Origin: Thermoproteus sp.
GTDB lineage: Archaea > Thermoproteota > Thermoprotei > Thermoproteales > Thermoproteaceae
Reading direction: 5' to 3'
Assembly: GCA_049976425.1 (NCBI GenBank)
Contig: JBMFIG010000001.1
Location: forward strand, 1-32,000
Length of the DNA stretch: 32,000 bases
Shown here: one piece after another, positions 7,089 through 16,976 of the stretch
Numbering within the stretch: position 1 is the first letter of the stretch
How the letters are laid out: each line of letters starts with the position of its first letter
The notes under the pieces: generated by a model
The model's database searches: none
Seen by the model: the letters and a program-made list of their open reading frames with translations, nothing else
What the model was told of the DNA's origin: nothing
Program-made: the position numbers and the translations under genes

Positions 7089-9471
7089 ATATATCTTTAG
7101 TCGTTGCTTCAGGTCTTCCCGAGCTACGCAAGAGCTCTATGACCCTCACGTCGACTCCATTGGCCGCTATCTCTCTGGGCAGATCGCCGGTCTGCGTCGC
7201 CACCACTATCTGGTACTCAGAGCTGAGCGACGCGATGAGGCCCGCCAGCGACGATCTGACGTTGGGATCCACATAGGGCAGAGGGTCGTCGAGCAGGAGG
7301 AAGCCCAGCTTGGGACCCAACAGCCTGCGCATGGATATCACGAGCGAGAGAGCCGCCGCCAGCCTCTGCCCGTCGCTGAGCTTGGAGATACCCACGACGT
7401 TTCCGTCGGCTAGCCTAGCCTCAACCTCATACGCCTTGTCCCTCAGCGTCAGCCTCAACGACTCGATATCCCTATACGGGTATATCTTCGAGAAGTTCCT
7501 CCACAGCTCGTCCTCTATCTCCTTAATTATCCTAGATCTAACATTATATTTTAATATATCTATTTTATTTGTTATATTAGAGAATCTATTATATGCATAC
7601 ATATACTTCTCCAGCTTAGATCTCAAGGAGTCGAGCTCCTCGTCTACGCTAGCCAGAACCTCCGAGAGCCTTCTCAGCTCGTCGTATACGTCCGCCTTCC
7701 TCCTCCTCGTCCTGTCAAGCTCCTCGGAGATCCTCCGGAACTCCTCCTCGGCCTCCAGAGCCGCGCCGCTTAGGCCTAAGTTCTTGAGCTCCCTCTCCAA
7801 GCCCTCCAGCTCCTCGCGGAGCTGCCTTATCCTAAGAGCCTTGTTGTACCTCCTGACCACCTCCTCTATGGCTTCCGGAGTCACGTCGTTTAGGAAGCCC
7901 GCCAACAGCTCGAGGCGGCGCGAGATCTGGGACGACGACTTGGCGGCTTGGTCCAACCTCGCCTTGATTTTCTCCTCCTCGCCGGCCAGCCTCTCCAGCT
8001 CCTCCCTGGCTTTAAGATACTCCGAGACGGGCCCGAGCAACGACGCCATCTCCTTGTAGGCGCTCTCCAGGGCCTCCAACTCCTCCCTGGCCTTCTCCAG
8101 CTGCTCGAGCTCCTGCGAGTACTCCCTCTCTATATCCTTCAATCTGCTGGACGCGACATCCCTATCCAACTTGCCGCCGCATACGGGACACCTCTCGGCG
8201 CCTGTCTCCAAAACGTACAGGAGGATGTACCTCAACGACGAGGCGTAGTTGGCCCTTCTCTCAAGCTCCTTGACCTTCTCCCTCATCTCGTCTAGCTTTA
8301 TCTTGATCTCTTCGGGGGGCCCGTAGCGCGCCGAGATCTCCTTGAACCTCTTGTAGGCCTCCCCGAGCTGGTCGACCCTCGCCCTAAGCCTCGAGATCTC
8401 CGCCCGTATCTCGTCCAGTTTAGCCGCCAGAGACTTCCTCTGGGCCTCGGCCGCCGAGAGGGCCTCCTCAAGAGAGCTCTTGACCTTGGCGAGCTCCCTA
8501 TACGCCTCTTGGAGGAGCTCCGCCAGTTTGGCCGCGTCGGGCTCCCGCGATATCCTCTCTATCATCTGCGGATCTATCATGTGCTCGAACTCCGACATGA
8601 CGCCGACAAACCTATCCCTCAACTCCTCTATCTGTCCCAGCTCCGAGGCGTAGGAGTAGCCGGACTCCTCGAGCAACTCCAGCTCCGACTTGGCCCTATA
8701 ATAGGCGTTTATCTTGTCCTGGAGACTCGACAGCTTGTCCACATATCTACGCCTCTCCTCCAAGAGCTCCCTATATCTCGACGAGAGGTCGGCCTCCCGC
8801 CGCGTGAGGCCCTCAAGCTCCCTCTCGAGCGACGCCTTGACCTCCTTCAACTTAGACAGACCTCCATACTTCTCTATTATATCCCTATATTTCTCGTAAT
8901 ATGATATTTTTATTCTAATTTTTTCTATTTCTTTCATTATATTTTTTAATATATTATTTATTATTTTCTGAGTGTTATCTAATATATCGATCTGAAGTAT
9001 TTTATCTATCAGCGAGGTTCTCTTAAGCCTATCGCCGTGGATGAAGTCCTCGAGCGCGTAGTGGGATATATAGATCACCCTGTCGTAGTCGTCGCTCGTT
9101 ATCCCGGTCAGCTCGGCGAGCGCTCTCTCGGCGTCTTCGTCGGTATATCTGCGGTCGTCCAGCCTAAGCTCTAGGCGGCTCCGGCCTCCCCTCCCCACCG
9201 ACCGCCTCACCAGGGCTTTTCTGGACCCGTCGGTCAGCTCCAGCTCCACCAAGGCGCTGTCGGAGTTGAGGTTGATCAAGTCCGCGAGCCTCGCTATCCT
9301 CTGCCTGACCTCCAGTTCCTTTCCGAATAGGGCGAACTCAACCGCCTGCAACAACGAGGATTTGCCGGCGCCGACTCTGCCGACGATGGCCGTCACCGGC
9401 GATAGCCGGAATTCGTACTCGCCTTCGTAGACCTTGAAGTCCCTTAGCTTAATCCTCGCGATCCTCCACAT
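7072..9471 (-). CDS. rkd-4: arcadin-4, Rad50/SMC-like coiled-coil ATPase
   Basis: 799 aa. Walker A GRVGAGKSSLLQAVEFALFG, ABC signature LSDGQRLAAALSL, Walker B FLLLDDPL. Long heptad-rich E/L/R/K middle with a central ERCPVCGGK motif. Position within the crenactin operon. Confidence 0.85.
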   Translation of the reverse strand: MWRIARIKLRDFKVYEGEYEFRLSPVTAIVGRVGAGKSSLLQAVEFALFGKELEVRQRIARLADLINLNSDSALVELELTDGSRKALVRRSVGRGGRSRLELRLDDRRYTDEDAERALAELTGITSDDYDRVIYISHYALEDFIHGDRLKRTSLIDKILQIDILDNTQKIINNILKNIMKEIEKIRIKISYYEKYRDIIEKYGGLSKLKEVKASLERELEGLTRREADLSSRYRELLEERRRYVDKLSSLQDKINAYYRAKSELELLEESGYSYASELGQIEELRDRFVGVMSEFEHMIDPQMIERISREPDAAKLAELLQEAYRELAKVKSSLEEALSAAEAQRKSLAAKLDEIRAEISRLRARVDQLGEAYKRFKEISARYGPPEEIKIKLDEMREKVKELERRANYASSLRYILLYVLETGAERCPVCGGKLDRDVASSRLKDIEREYSQELEQLEKAREELEALESAYKEMASLLGPVSEYLKAREELERLAGEEEKIKARLDQAAKSSSQISRRLELLAGFLNDVTPEAIEEVVRRYNKALRIRQLREELEGLERELKNLGLSGAALEAEEEFRRISEELDRTRRRKADVYDELRRLSEVLASVDEELDSLRSKLEKYMYAYNRFSNITNKIDILKYNVRSRIIKEIEDELWRNFSKIYPYRDIESLRLTLRDKAYEVEARLADGNVVGISKLSDGQRLAAALSLVISMRRLLGPKLGFLLLDDPLPYVDPNVRSSLAGLIASLSSEYQIVVATQTGDLPREIAANGVDVRVIELLRSSGRPEATTKDIFAGKD

Positions 9472-9625
9472 AGATCCCCCACTGCGAGAGGATTTCCTTC
9501 ACCTTCCCCCTGGCCCCCTTAGGGCCCGAGGATCTATACGCCCTGATTATATCCATTACTATATCTATGTCCGAGCCCTCCAAGATCTTCCTTGCCTCCT
9601 CCTCGATTATCTTGAAAATATCCAC
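9449..9625 (-). CDS. small helical protein (58 aa) between arcadin-2 and arcadin-4; candidate arcadin-3 by position
   Basis: Hand translation from GTG 9625: VDIFKIIEEEARKILEGSDIDIVMDIIRAYRSSGPKGARGKVKEILSQWGIYVEDRED, stop TAA at 9449-9451. Below the 60-aa cutoff of the ORF track. Its 3' end overlaps the arcadin-4 start by 23 nt. TAAATATAAA (9643-9652) sits ~22 nt upstream. Confidence 0.45.
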   Translation of the reverse strand: MDIFKIIEEEARKILEGSDIDIVMDIIRAYRSSGPKGARGKVKEILSQWGIYVEDRED

Positions 9626-9654
9626 GTACGTATCGCGGCTTGTTTATATTTACG

Positions 9655-11572
<1,918 letters not shown>

Positions 11573-11908
11573 TCAGCTGGGCCTTATTTTAATTATTCCT
11601 TGATCGATCTCTATATCGACGCTGTCGCCTACGTCGACGTCTCCAAGCGACTCCGCCTCATCGTCGGTGAGCCAGATGGTGAGGCGCGGCACGGCTATCT
11701 TGTTAAGGGAGAAGGGGAGGGATCTGATTATCTGGGACACCAGCGGCATTATCTCCCTCGCCACCGGAGCCGTCTGCTCGTCTGACGGCGCCATCACTAG
11801 AGGGCCCGGCACATCCTTTTCCTCCACGACGTCTATCTTCACGTAACGGGTGCCTGTGGGATCCGCGACCAGCTGTTTGCTTACTACTACGCCCTTTACC
11901 ACGACCAC
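11573..11908 (-). CDS. rkd-1: arcadin-1
   Basis: 111-aa ORF (GTG start) ending 9 nt upstream of the crenactin start. Own TATA-like TTTAATTA ~22 nt upstream. Assignment is by conserved position in the arcade cluster. Confidence 0.7.
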   Translation of the reverse strand: MVVVKGVVVSKQLVADPTGTRYVKIDVVEEKDVPGPLVMAPSDEQTAPVAREIMPLVSQIIRSLPFSLNKIAVPRLTIWLTDDEAESLGDVDVGDSVDIEIDQGIIKIRPS

Positions 11909-11998
11909 GAGGATTCACCTATACCTGTAATTAAACTTAACCGATCGGCGGAGGACAAGCGGCGGGCGCCGAGATCGCAACGGCCCGCCTAATCCTCT

Positions 11999-12004
11999 AA
12001 AAAA
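11999..12004 (-). terminator. oligo-T terminator directly after the Alba stop codon
   Basis: The minus strand reads TAA-TTTTTT. A 7-bp hairpin GGCGGGC/GCCCGCC (11961-11989) follows. Confidence 0.5.
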
Positions 12005-12286
12005 TTATGCCATTTCGAGTACTACCTCGACGGCGGCTACTGTCCTCTCCCTCCCGCCTTGGCCTTGGACCTTGTCGCTGAGCAACTTGACCTCCTTTAT
12101 GTTGACCTTGCCGGGGAGGAACCGGTCGCGCACCATCACAGCGGCCGCAACAGCCTTGGAGATAGCCGCTCCCCTAGCCTTCAGCACCACCTTTCTCGTA
12201 CCCGCGTTGAACGCCATCACCGTAGCTATTATGTAGTTCGTAGTGGGTTTTTTACCCACCAATATTGTTTGTTCTGTCGCTGCCAT
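12005..12286 (-). CDS. albA: chromatin/RNA-binding protein Alba (Sso10b family)
   Basis: 93 aa. ILVGKKPTTNYIIATVMAFNAGTRKVVLKARGAAISKAVAAAVMVRDRF... is a typical Alba sequence. Confidence 0.93.
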   Translation of the reverse strand: MAATEQTILVGKKPTTNYIIATVMAFNAGTRKVVLKARGAAISKAVAAAVMVRDRFLPGKVNIKEVKLLSDKVQGQGGRERTVAAVEVVLEMA

Positions 12287-12305
12287 GAACCGCCATGCTA
12301 TTGGT

Positions 12306-12317
12306 CTTTATTTAAAG
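12306..12317 (-). promoter_or_regulatory. TATA box for albA
   Basis: CTTTATTTAAAG, centred ~26 nt upstream of the albA start at 12286. Confidence 0.5.
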
Positions 12318-12366
12318 ATTACTCCGGCGCGTGCCACCGCGCGCGGATATCCTTAATTAAGTCCCA

Positions 12367-13122
12367 GTGATCTTGCGCGACGTGGAGGACTTAATATACA
12401 AAGCCGCCTATGGCCGACGGCGCGAGATCTTGCTCATACTATATAGCGAGGGCGCTACCAGTTTAAATAAGCTCAGAAGCAGGTTGGGCGTCTCGTCGTC
12501 GGCGCTTTTATTCGACATATCTGCGCTCGAGGCTCTGGGGCTTATCAAGAGGGACGGCGGCTTCGTCGAGCTGACCGACGAGGGGGTAAAGGTGGCGTCT
12601 ATCCTATTGTCTGTGGCCCCTCTGAAGAACCTGTCGATACTGGAGGCGCTGGGGCTACGCCCGTTCGTGGTCCCCATGCTCGCGTCGCCGTACCTCAACG
12701 CGGTCGCCGCGTTGTTGTTAGTAATATGGACGGCGTCTATATATGTCTCTAAGTCGGCACTAATAGGTATTATATATAGTTATATTTTTACTAATATTTA
12801 TAATATTTTATTTATTTCTATTTTATCTTTTATTTTTATTTTATTCTCAATTTACTTTATTACACATAGAAGAGTTCTTTTAACTCATATAATAATTGGT
12901 TTATTTCCATTATTAATTTATCCTTCAATTTCTATTATAATAGAAAATTATAATATTCTATATGCATTAAAATTTATATTGTTATTACTATCATGCGGCA
13001 CGCTGTCCACTGTGACCTCTTATGATATGGGTTCCAAATACGAGACCGCGTTATTGGCCTACCTTACAGGTATGTTCGTGATCCCTATACTTGTTTACCT
13101 AGTATTACATGTTTATATATAA
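12367..13122 (+). CDS. membrane-tethered winged-helix (ArsR-like) protein
   Basis: 251 aa. N-terminal wHTH (REILLILYSEGATSLNKLRSRLGVSSSALLFDISALEALGLIKRDGGFVELTDEG) followed by about 5 hydrophobic helices. GTG start. Confidence 0.7.
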   Translation: MILRDVEDLIYKAAYGRRREILLILYSEGATSLNKLRSRLGVSSSALLFDISALEALGLIKRDGGFVELTDEGVKVASILLSVAPLKNLSILEALGLRPFVVPMLASPYLNAVAALLLVIWTASIYVSKSALIGIIYSYIFTNIYNILFISILSFIFILFSIYFITHRRVLLTHIIIGLFPLLIYPSISIIIENYNILYALKFILLLLSCGTLSTVTSYDMGSKYETALLAYLTGMFVIPILVYLVLHVYI

Positions 13123-13633
13123 ACCACAAGAAGATAGCTATGTAACTCTAAATCTACTATCTAGAATAAATGGTAAATTTGATATATGTGTAGATGTAGG
13201 CGCCGGCTCGTGTATACTCACGCGCACGTTGGGCAGACTCTGCAAGCGCGTCGTGGCCGTGGATATAAACCCCTACGCGTGCGCTGGATGTAAGGAGTAC
13301 GACGTGCTGTGCGCGCACGGGCTCTCGGCCATATCTAGAGCCGACTTAGTGGTCAGCAACCCGCCTTATCTGCCGCCCGAGGAGCCGCCCGTGGATTTGG
13401 AGGCAGTAGCCATCTACGATTACGGGCTTATCCACCACATATTGAGGTGGGCGTTCGCCTACAGGCCGCGCCTGCTGGTGTTGACGTACAGCACCTTGGG
13501 CAGGGCCGACGCGATCGAGGACGCGGTGTCGGCGCTAGGCAGAATAGTGGATAGGGAAGTCGTCCACCGGTTTTTCGAGGATATCGTGGCTATTGCTGTC
13601 GAGCCTCTGCGCCCAGTCTCTGGAAGTTCTTGA
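13109..13633 (+). CDS. HemK/Mtq2-like N5-glutamine (NPPY-motif) SAM-dependent methyltransferase
   Basis: 174 aa. YKPQEDSY N-terminus, SAM motif I VDVGAGSCIL, catalytic VVSNPPYLP. Overlaps the upstream gene by 14 nt. Confidence 0.8.
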   Translation: MFIYKPQEDSYVTLNLLSRINGKFDICVDVGAGSCILTRTLGRLCKRVVAVDINPYACAGCKEYDVLCAHGLSAISRADLVVSNPPYLPPEEPPVDLEAVAIYDYGLIHHILRWAFAYRPRLLVLTYSTLGRADAIEDAVSALGRIVDREVVHRFFEDIVAIAVEPLRPVSGSS

Positions 13634-14597
13634 GCCTTATATGCAACAACGACTCTAGTATGTCGCTTATATATTCGTTTATCCTCACAGCGCTGTCTCT
13701 AGCCAGCGAGGTGGCGGGGTCGGACAGAACCACTTCCTTCCTCATCTTGAGGGACCAGTCGGTGAGCTCTCTATAGAGGGCGGCCAGCTTCATGTCGTCG
13801 ACGTTGCCGCCGAAGAAGTCCATGAGGATGCCCATATGCTCCACGGCCCTTTCTAGGATCGGCCTCACTACCCTCAAGTCCACCTTCTCCTCTTGATTTA
13901 TATAGGATATCTTGCATATATGGTCAGCTATTCTCTCTATCGATTTAGCTATTATCGTGTACTCGACCAAATCGCGGGGATCTTCGACCTTTAATTCCAG
14001 CATTATGTAGCGCGACATGGCGGCTCTCTTGAGCTGGCGCTCGACGAGCCAGTAGAGCCTGTCCACCTCGTCGTCCCGCTCGGTGACATCTCTCAGCAAC
14101 TCCATGTTATCCGTCTCCAGACCCTTTACCAGATCGAGCAACATATTGTCGGCGAGCTTCAACATCTTGAGGACTACGTCGCCTATGGCCAGCTCTGTGG
14201 CGGCCACCATAGCCTGGACGACCAGCTTGTCGCTGGACTCCTCAGTTATCTCCATGTCGACGACCCTCCTCCTGACGAAATCCTTGAGGTGTTTACGGTA
14301 CTGGGTAGCTCCGGGGGCAAACCTTATAGTTATGACTTCAGCCCCCGCGATGTAGATAGACATGAAGATCTTCTCCAGCTCCTCTACGCTCGTCTTCTCG
14401 TCGACGTAGAGCTCCACGGACAGCGACGTTCGCCGGCCCAGTTTCCGCGGTATTAGGATCAACGTGTTGTCGGGCTGAGGCACTATAAGCACCTCGTCGC
14501 CTGGCGATAGGTTGGTCCGTCGTGCCCATTCCTTAGGCAAACTGACTATGAGGGTGGCGCCGCCCGTCAACTGTACCCTACGCACCTCGCCTTCCAT
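13590..14597 (-). CDS. PhoU-family protein with N-terminal AbrB/SpoVT-type domain
   Basis: 335 aa. N-terminal VQLTGGATLIVSLPKEWARRTNLSPGDEVLIVP (AbrB-like swapped hairpin). Two PhoU-like helical repeats (...ERDDEVDRLYWLVERQL..., ...IAKSIERIADHICKI...). Confidence 0.8.
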   Translation of the reverse strand: MEGEVRRVQLTGGATLIVSLPKEWARRTNLSPGDEVLIVPQPDNTLILIPRKLGRRTSLSVELYVDEKTSVEELEKIFMSIYIAGAEVITIRFAPGATQYRKHLKDFVRRRVVDMEITEESSDKLVVQAMVAATELAIGDVVLKMLKLADNMLLDLVKGLETDNMELLRDVTERDDEVDRLYWLVERQLKRAAMSRYIMLELKVEDPRDLVEYTIIAKSIERIADHICKISYINQEEKVDLRVVRPILERAVEHMGILMDFFGGNVDDMKLAALYRELTDWSLKMRKEVVLSDPATSLARDSAVRINEYISDILESLLHIRLKNFQRLGAEARQQ

Positions 14598-14709
14598 GGT
14601 GTTATCTTGAAGACCTATATATAACTATTTATTGCATATACTCATTCCCTGTATATATATACAATCTATATGATATAATAAATAATATTATTTTTCTTAA
14701 ATAAAATAT

Positions 14710-15813
14710 TTAATCTATAAATTTATTGCCTCTAATTTTATCTTTTATATAGTCATGAAGATATTTTAACCCATGTGCCGACAAGGCCTCTATTTCAACT
14801 TTCTTCTTGGTCTTCAGGAAATACTCCAGCTCCTTCTTCCAGACGTCGTTCTGGAACCATGGGTATTTGAGGAGCTCTTGCGCCCTCTTTACGTCTCTGT
14901 CGGTAGCTCTTATCACGAACTGGTCGGGTATCTTGTACCTCTCTATGTCGAGAGGTGCCACCCCGAGGAACTTGGCCTTAGGCGTCGCCAGCCGCTCGCT
15001 CTCGTAGCTGAGCTTTATCGAGCCGCTTTTGTATACGGAGTAGATGTAGATTCCGTAGGGGTCGCCGTCCGTCAGCACGTAGACCGGCAACTTGTACTCC
15101 TCGTTAAGCCTTTTGACAAACCTCCTAGTGGCTCTGTCGGGCATGCCCTTCGCGGTTATTAACACCGCGTTTTCCTGCGACCAGAACTTCTCCCTGACTA
15201 GACGTTGGAATATCGCGTCCTTTTCTATGACCAAGACGTAGGAGGCCTCGACCTTGACTATCTCCAACGCATCGACATTGACGGGGAGGCTGAGGGCCGT
15301 CTCGCCGAATTTGGAGGCGTCCAGCTCGTATCCCTGGGAGCGCACCACTATAGGGCCCACCACCTTGCCCTTCACGTCCGCGCTGATGCCCATCTCCTCC
15401 CTCAATATATTCGTCGCCACCTCTATATCTTCTATAACTCCGTTGGACTCCGCCTGCTCGTCCCAGGTGTTCTCCCTATGGACTCTGCCCAACGGGTCCT
15501 TGAATACTATCGTGTGTTTTCCGTTGTAGTAGAGGTCGCGTATCGTCGGGTACACGTCGGCCCTCATGGCGTCCACTATCAGCCTCAACATCAACACGGT
15601 CTGCATAAACCTCCTGGACTCCTTCACGTCGAGGAACCTCCTGTGTATCTTCTCGGGGCCCAGCCTCAACATCCTCGCCTTCTCGTCCCATATGGTATTG
15701 CTGAGGGTGCGGGCCGGTATCTCCATGACGGGCTCCTTGAGGCTCAACACCGATTTCGCGAGCTCGGTCCCCCACTCCTCCAACCGCTTTAAGAAATCAG
15801 CCCGGCTGCTCAC
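14710..15813 (-). CDS. top6A: DNA topoisomerase VI subunit A (Spo11 family)
   Basis: 367 aa. Toprim region VLVIEKDAIFQRL, LITAKGMPDRATRRFVKRL and VLTDGDPYGIYIYSVYKSGS. GTG start. Confidence 0.93.
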   Translation of the reverse strand: MSSRADFLKRLEEWGTELAKSVLSLKEPVMEIPARTLSNTIWDEKARMLRLGPEKIHRRFLDVKESRRFMQTVLMLRLIVDAMRADVYPTIRDLYYNGKHTIVFKDPLGRVHRENTWDEQAESNGVIEDIEVATNILREEMGISADVKGKVVGPIVVRSQGYELDASKFGETALSLPVNVDALEIVKVEASYVLVIEKDAIFQRLVREKFWSQENAVLITAKGMPDRATRRFVKRLNEEYKLPVYVLTDGDPYGIYIYSVYKSGSIKLSYESERLATPKAKFLGVAPLDIERYKIPDQFVIRATDRDVKRAQELLKYPWFQNDVWKKELEYFLKTKKKVEIEALSAHGLKYLHDYIKDKIRGNKFID

Positions 15814-15831
15814 AGGGCACTTAGCGTGGGC

Positions 15832-15841
15832 AATATATATC
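15832..15841 (-). promoter_or_regulatory. TATA box dedicated to top6A
   Basis: The minus strand reads CGATATATATTG, centred ~24 nt upstream of the GTG at 15813. Confidence 0.5.
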
Positions 15842-16063
15842 GTTTTGCCGGCGCAAAGGCGTTTCTGGGATCCGCGCCGGGACCGTGCGCCGGTTAGTCA
15901 CAGCCCCGTGCCATGCACACTTGTACGATCTAACTCTCGAAACGAAATCCGGCGATTGCCCACGTCTTGAGGACGTACGTTGCTAAGTGCGTATACGAGA
16001 CGGCCTACGGCAACCTCATAGGTCCAAAAGCTATATGGACGGCCAATATTCTTGGCAAAATTA

Positions 16064-16345
16064 TCATCTCCTCTTGGTGTCGAACGGATTCTCCCTCGAC
16101 GATATCTCCTTTATCAAGTCCTCCAGCCTATCTAATATCTCGGCTCCTTTAGGCGTCAGCGTTATCTCCGCGCCGTCCCTCACCAAGCCTCTCTCGACTA
16201 AGTAGTCTAGGTACCGTTGGAAACTGCGGTAGTTGAGCCCGGACATGAGGGCGAGGCTACGCCTCTTCCTGACCCCGTCCCTTATCAACGCAAGTATTCT
16301 GGCTAACACGTAGAAGTCAGGTAAGAAGTCTTCTTCCCCGCTCAT
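16064..16345 (-). CDS. small winged-helix DNA-binding protein (COG3432-like)
   Basis: 93 aa. ...RRSLALMSGLNYRSFQRYLDYLVERGLVRDGAEITLTPKGAEIL... is a wHTH pattern. Overlaps the upstream membrane-protein gene by 29 nt. Confidence 0.65.
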   Translation of the reverse strand: MSGEEDFLPDFYVLARILALIRDGVRKRRSLALMSGLNYRSFQRYLDYLVERGLVRDGAEITLTPKGAEILDRLEDLIKEISSRENPFDTKRR

Positions 16346-16946
16346 AGAGCTCCATGGATCTAGCCACCGCGTCGTTCACGCTCCCTATGGATCTCCAATA
16401 AGCCAGCAACGATGCCGACACCGCCGTGTGGAGCCCGCCGATGATGGCGAGAGCGTAGAAGGGCCAGCTCAGAGGCGATTGGAAGTAGCGATCTAGTATC
16501 TGTATCTGGAATAGCATCGTCTTGTTGTGAATAGTGGCGTTGTATACGACGATCCACAAGGCCGTCCCCTTGCTGACGTCCACAAGCCTCAGAACAGTCG
16601 AGGGAGGCCAGAAGAAGTAGAGGTATAGGGATAGGGCGCCGACGGCTAACAAGGTAGCGTAGGCCGTGACAGCTAGAGGGACCGAGGCCGCGCAGAACCG
16701 CCGTCTTCTATAGAGGTATCCGAAAGCGCCTATATCGTCCCATCTAGACTGCAGAAATCTCGGCGCCATGGCCACCGCCAATGACGAGGCAGCCAAAGCT
16801 AGGTACCATATGCGGTCAATCCGCCCAATGACGTACAGGTAATGGATGAGGAGGGCCAGCCAGGGCATCGCCAGAGATCCGGCAAATATAATAAATCTTC
16901 TTCTACATTTATCAGCATATGTTGAAGGACTAAATCTTTTATCCAT
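16317..16946 (-). CDS. hypothetical integral membrane protein (~5 TM)
   Basis: 209-aa ORF with 5 hydrophobic helix-length segments. Co-oriented and overlapping with the wHTH gene. I recognise no family. Confidence 0.55.
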   Translation of the reverse strand: MDKRFSPSTYADKCRRRFIIFAGSLAMPWLALLIHYLYVIGRIDRIWYLALAASSLAVAMAPRFLQSRWDDIGAFGYLYRRRRFCAASVPLAVTAYATLLAVGALSLYLYFFWPPSTVLRLVDVSKGTALWIVVYNATIHNKTMLFQIQILDRYFQSPLSWPFYALAIIGGLHTAVSASLLAYWRSIGSVNDAVARSMELYERGRRLLT

Positions 16947-16976
16947 AAGAATTTAAAAATATAAGTTTTAAAAATT

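Noticed and set aside
7310-8904. Ser/Leu-rich plus-strand ORFs (7310..8059, 7948..8295, 8509..8904, 8714..8899) opposite arcadin-4
   Set aside because: They are the complement of the E/L/R/K-rich coiled-coil codons of arcadin-4 (GAG/CTC periodicity keeps the antisense frame open). They are not independent genes.
12762-13198. AT-rich patches considered as CRISPR arrays, IS elements, integrated virus fragments or replication-origin DUEs
   Set aside because: I could find no regularly spaced direct repeats, terminal inverted repeats, transposase/integrase genes or ORB-like repeats. Reading frames of host genes continue through the patches. They are reported instead as a compositional anomaly.
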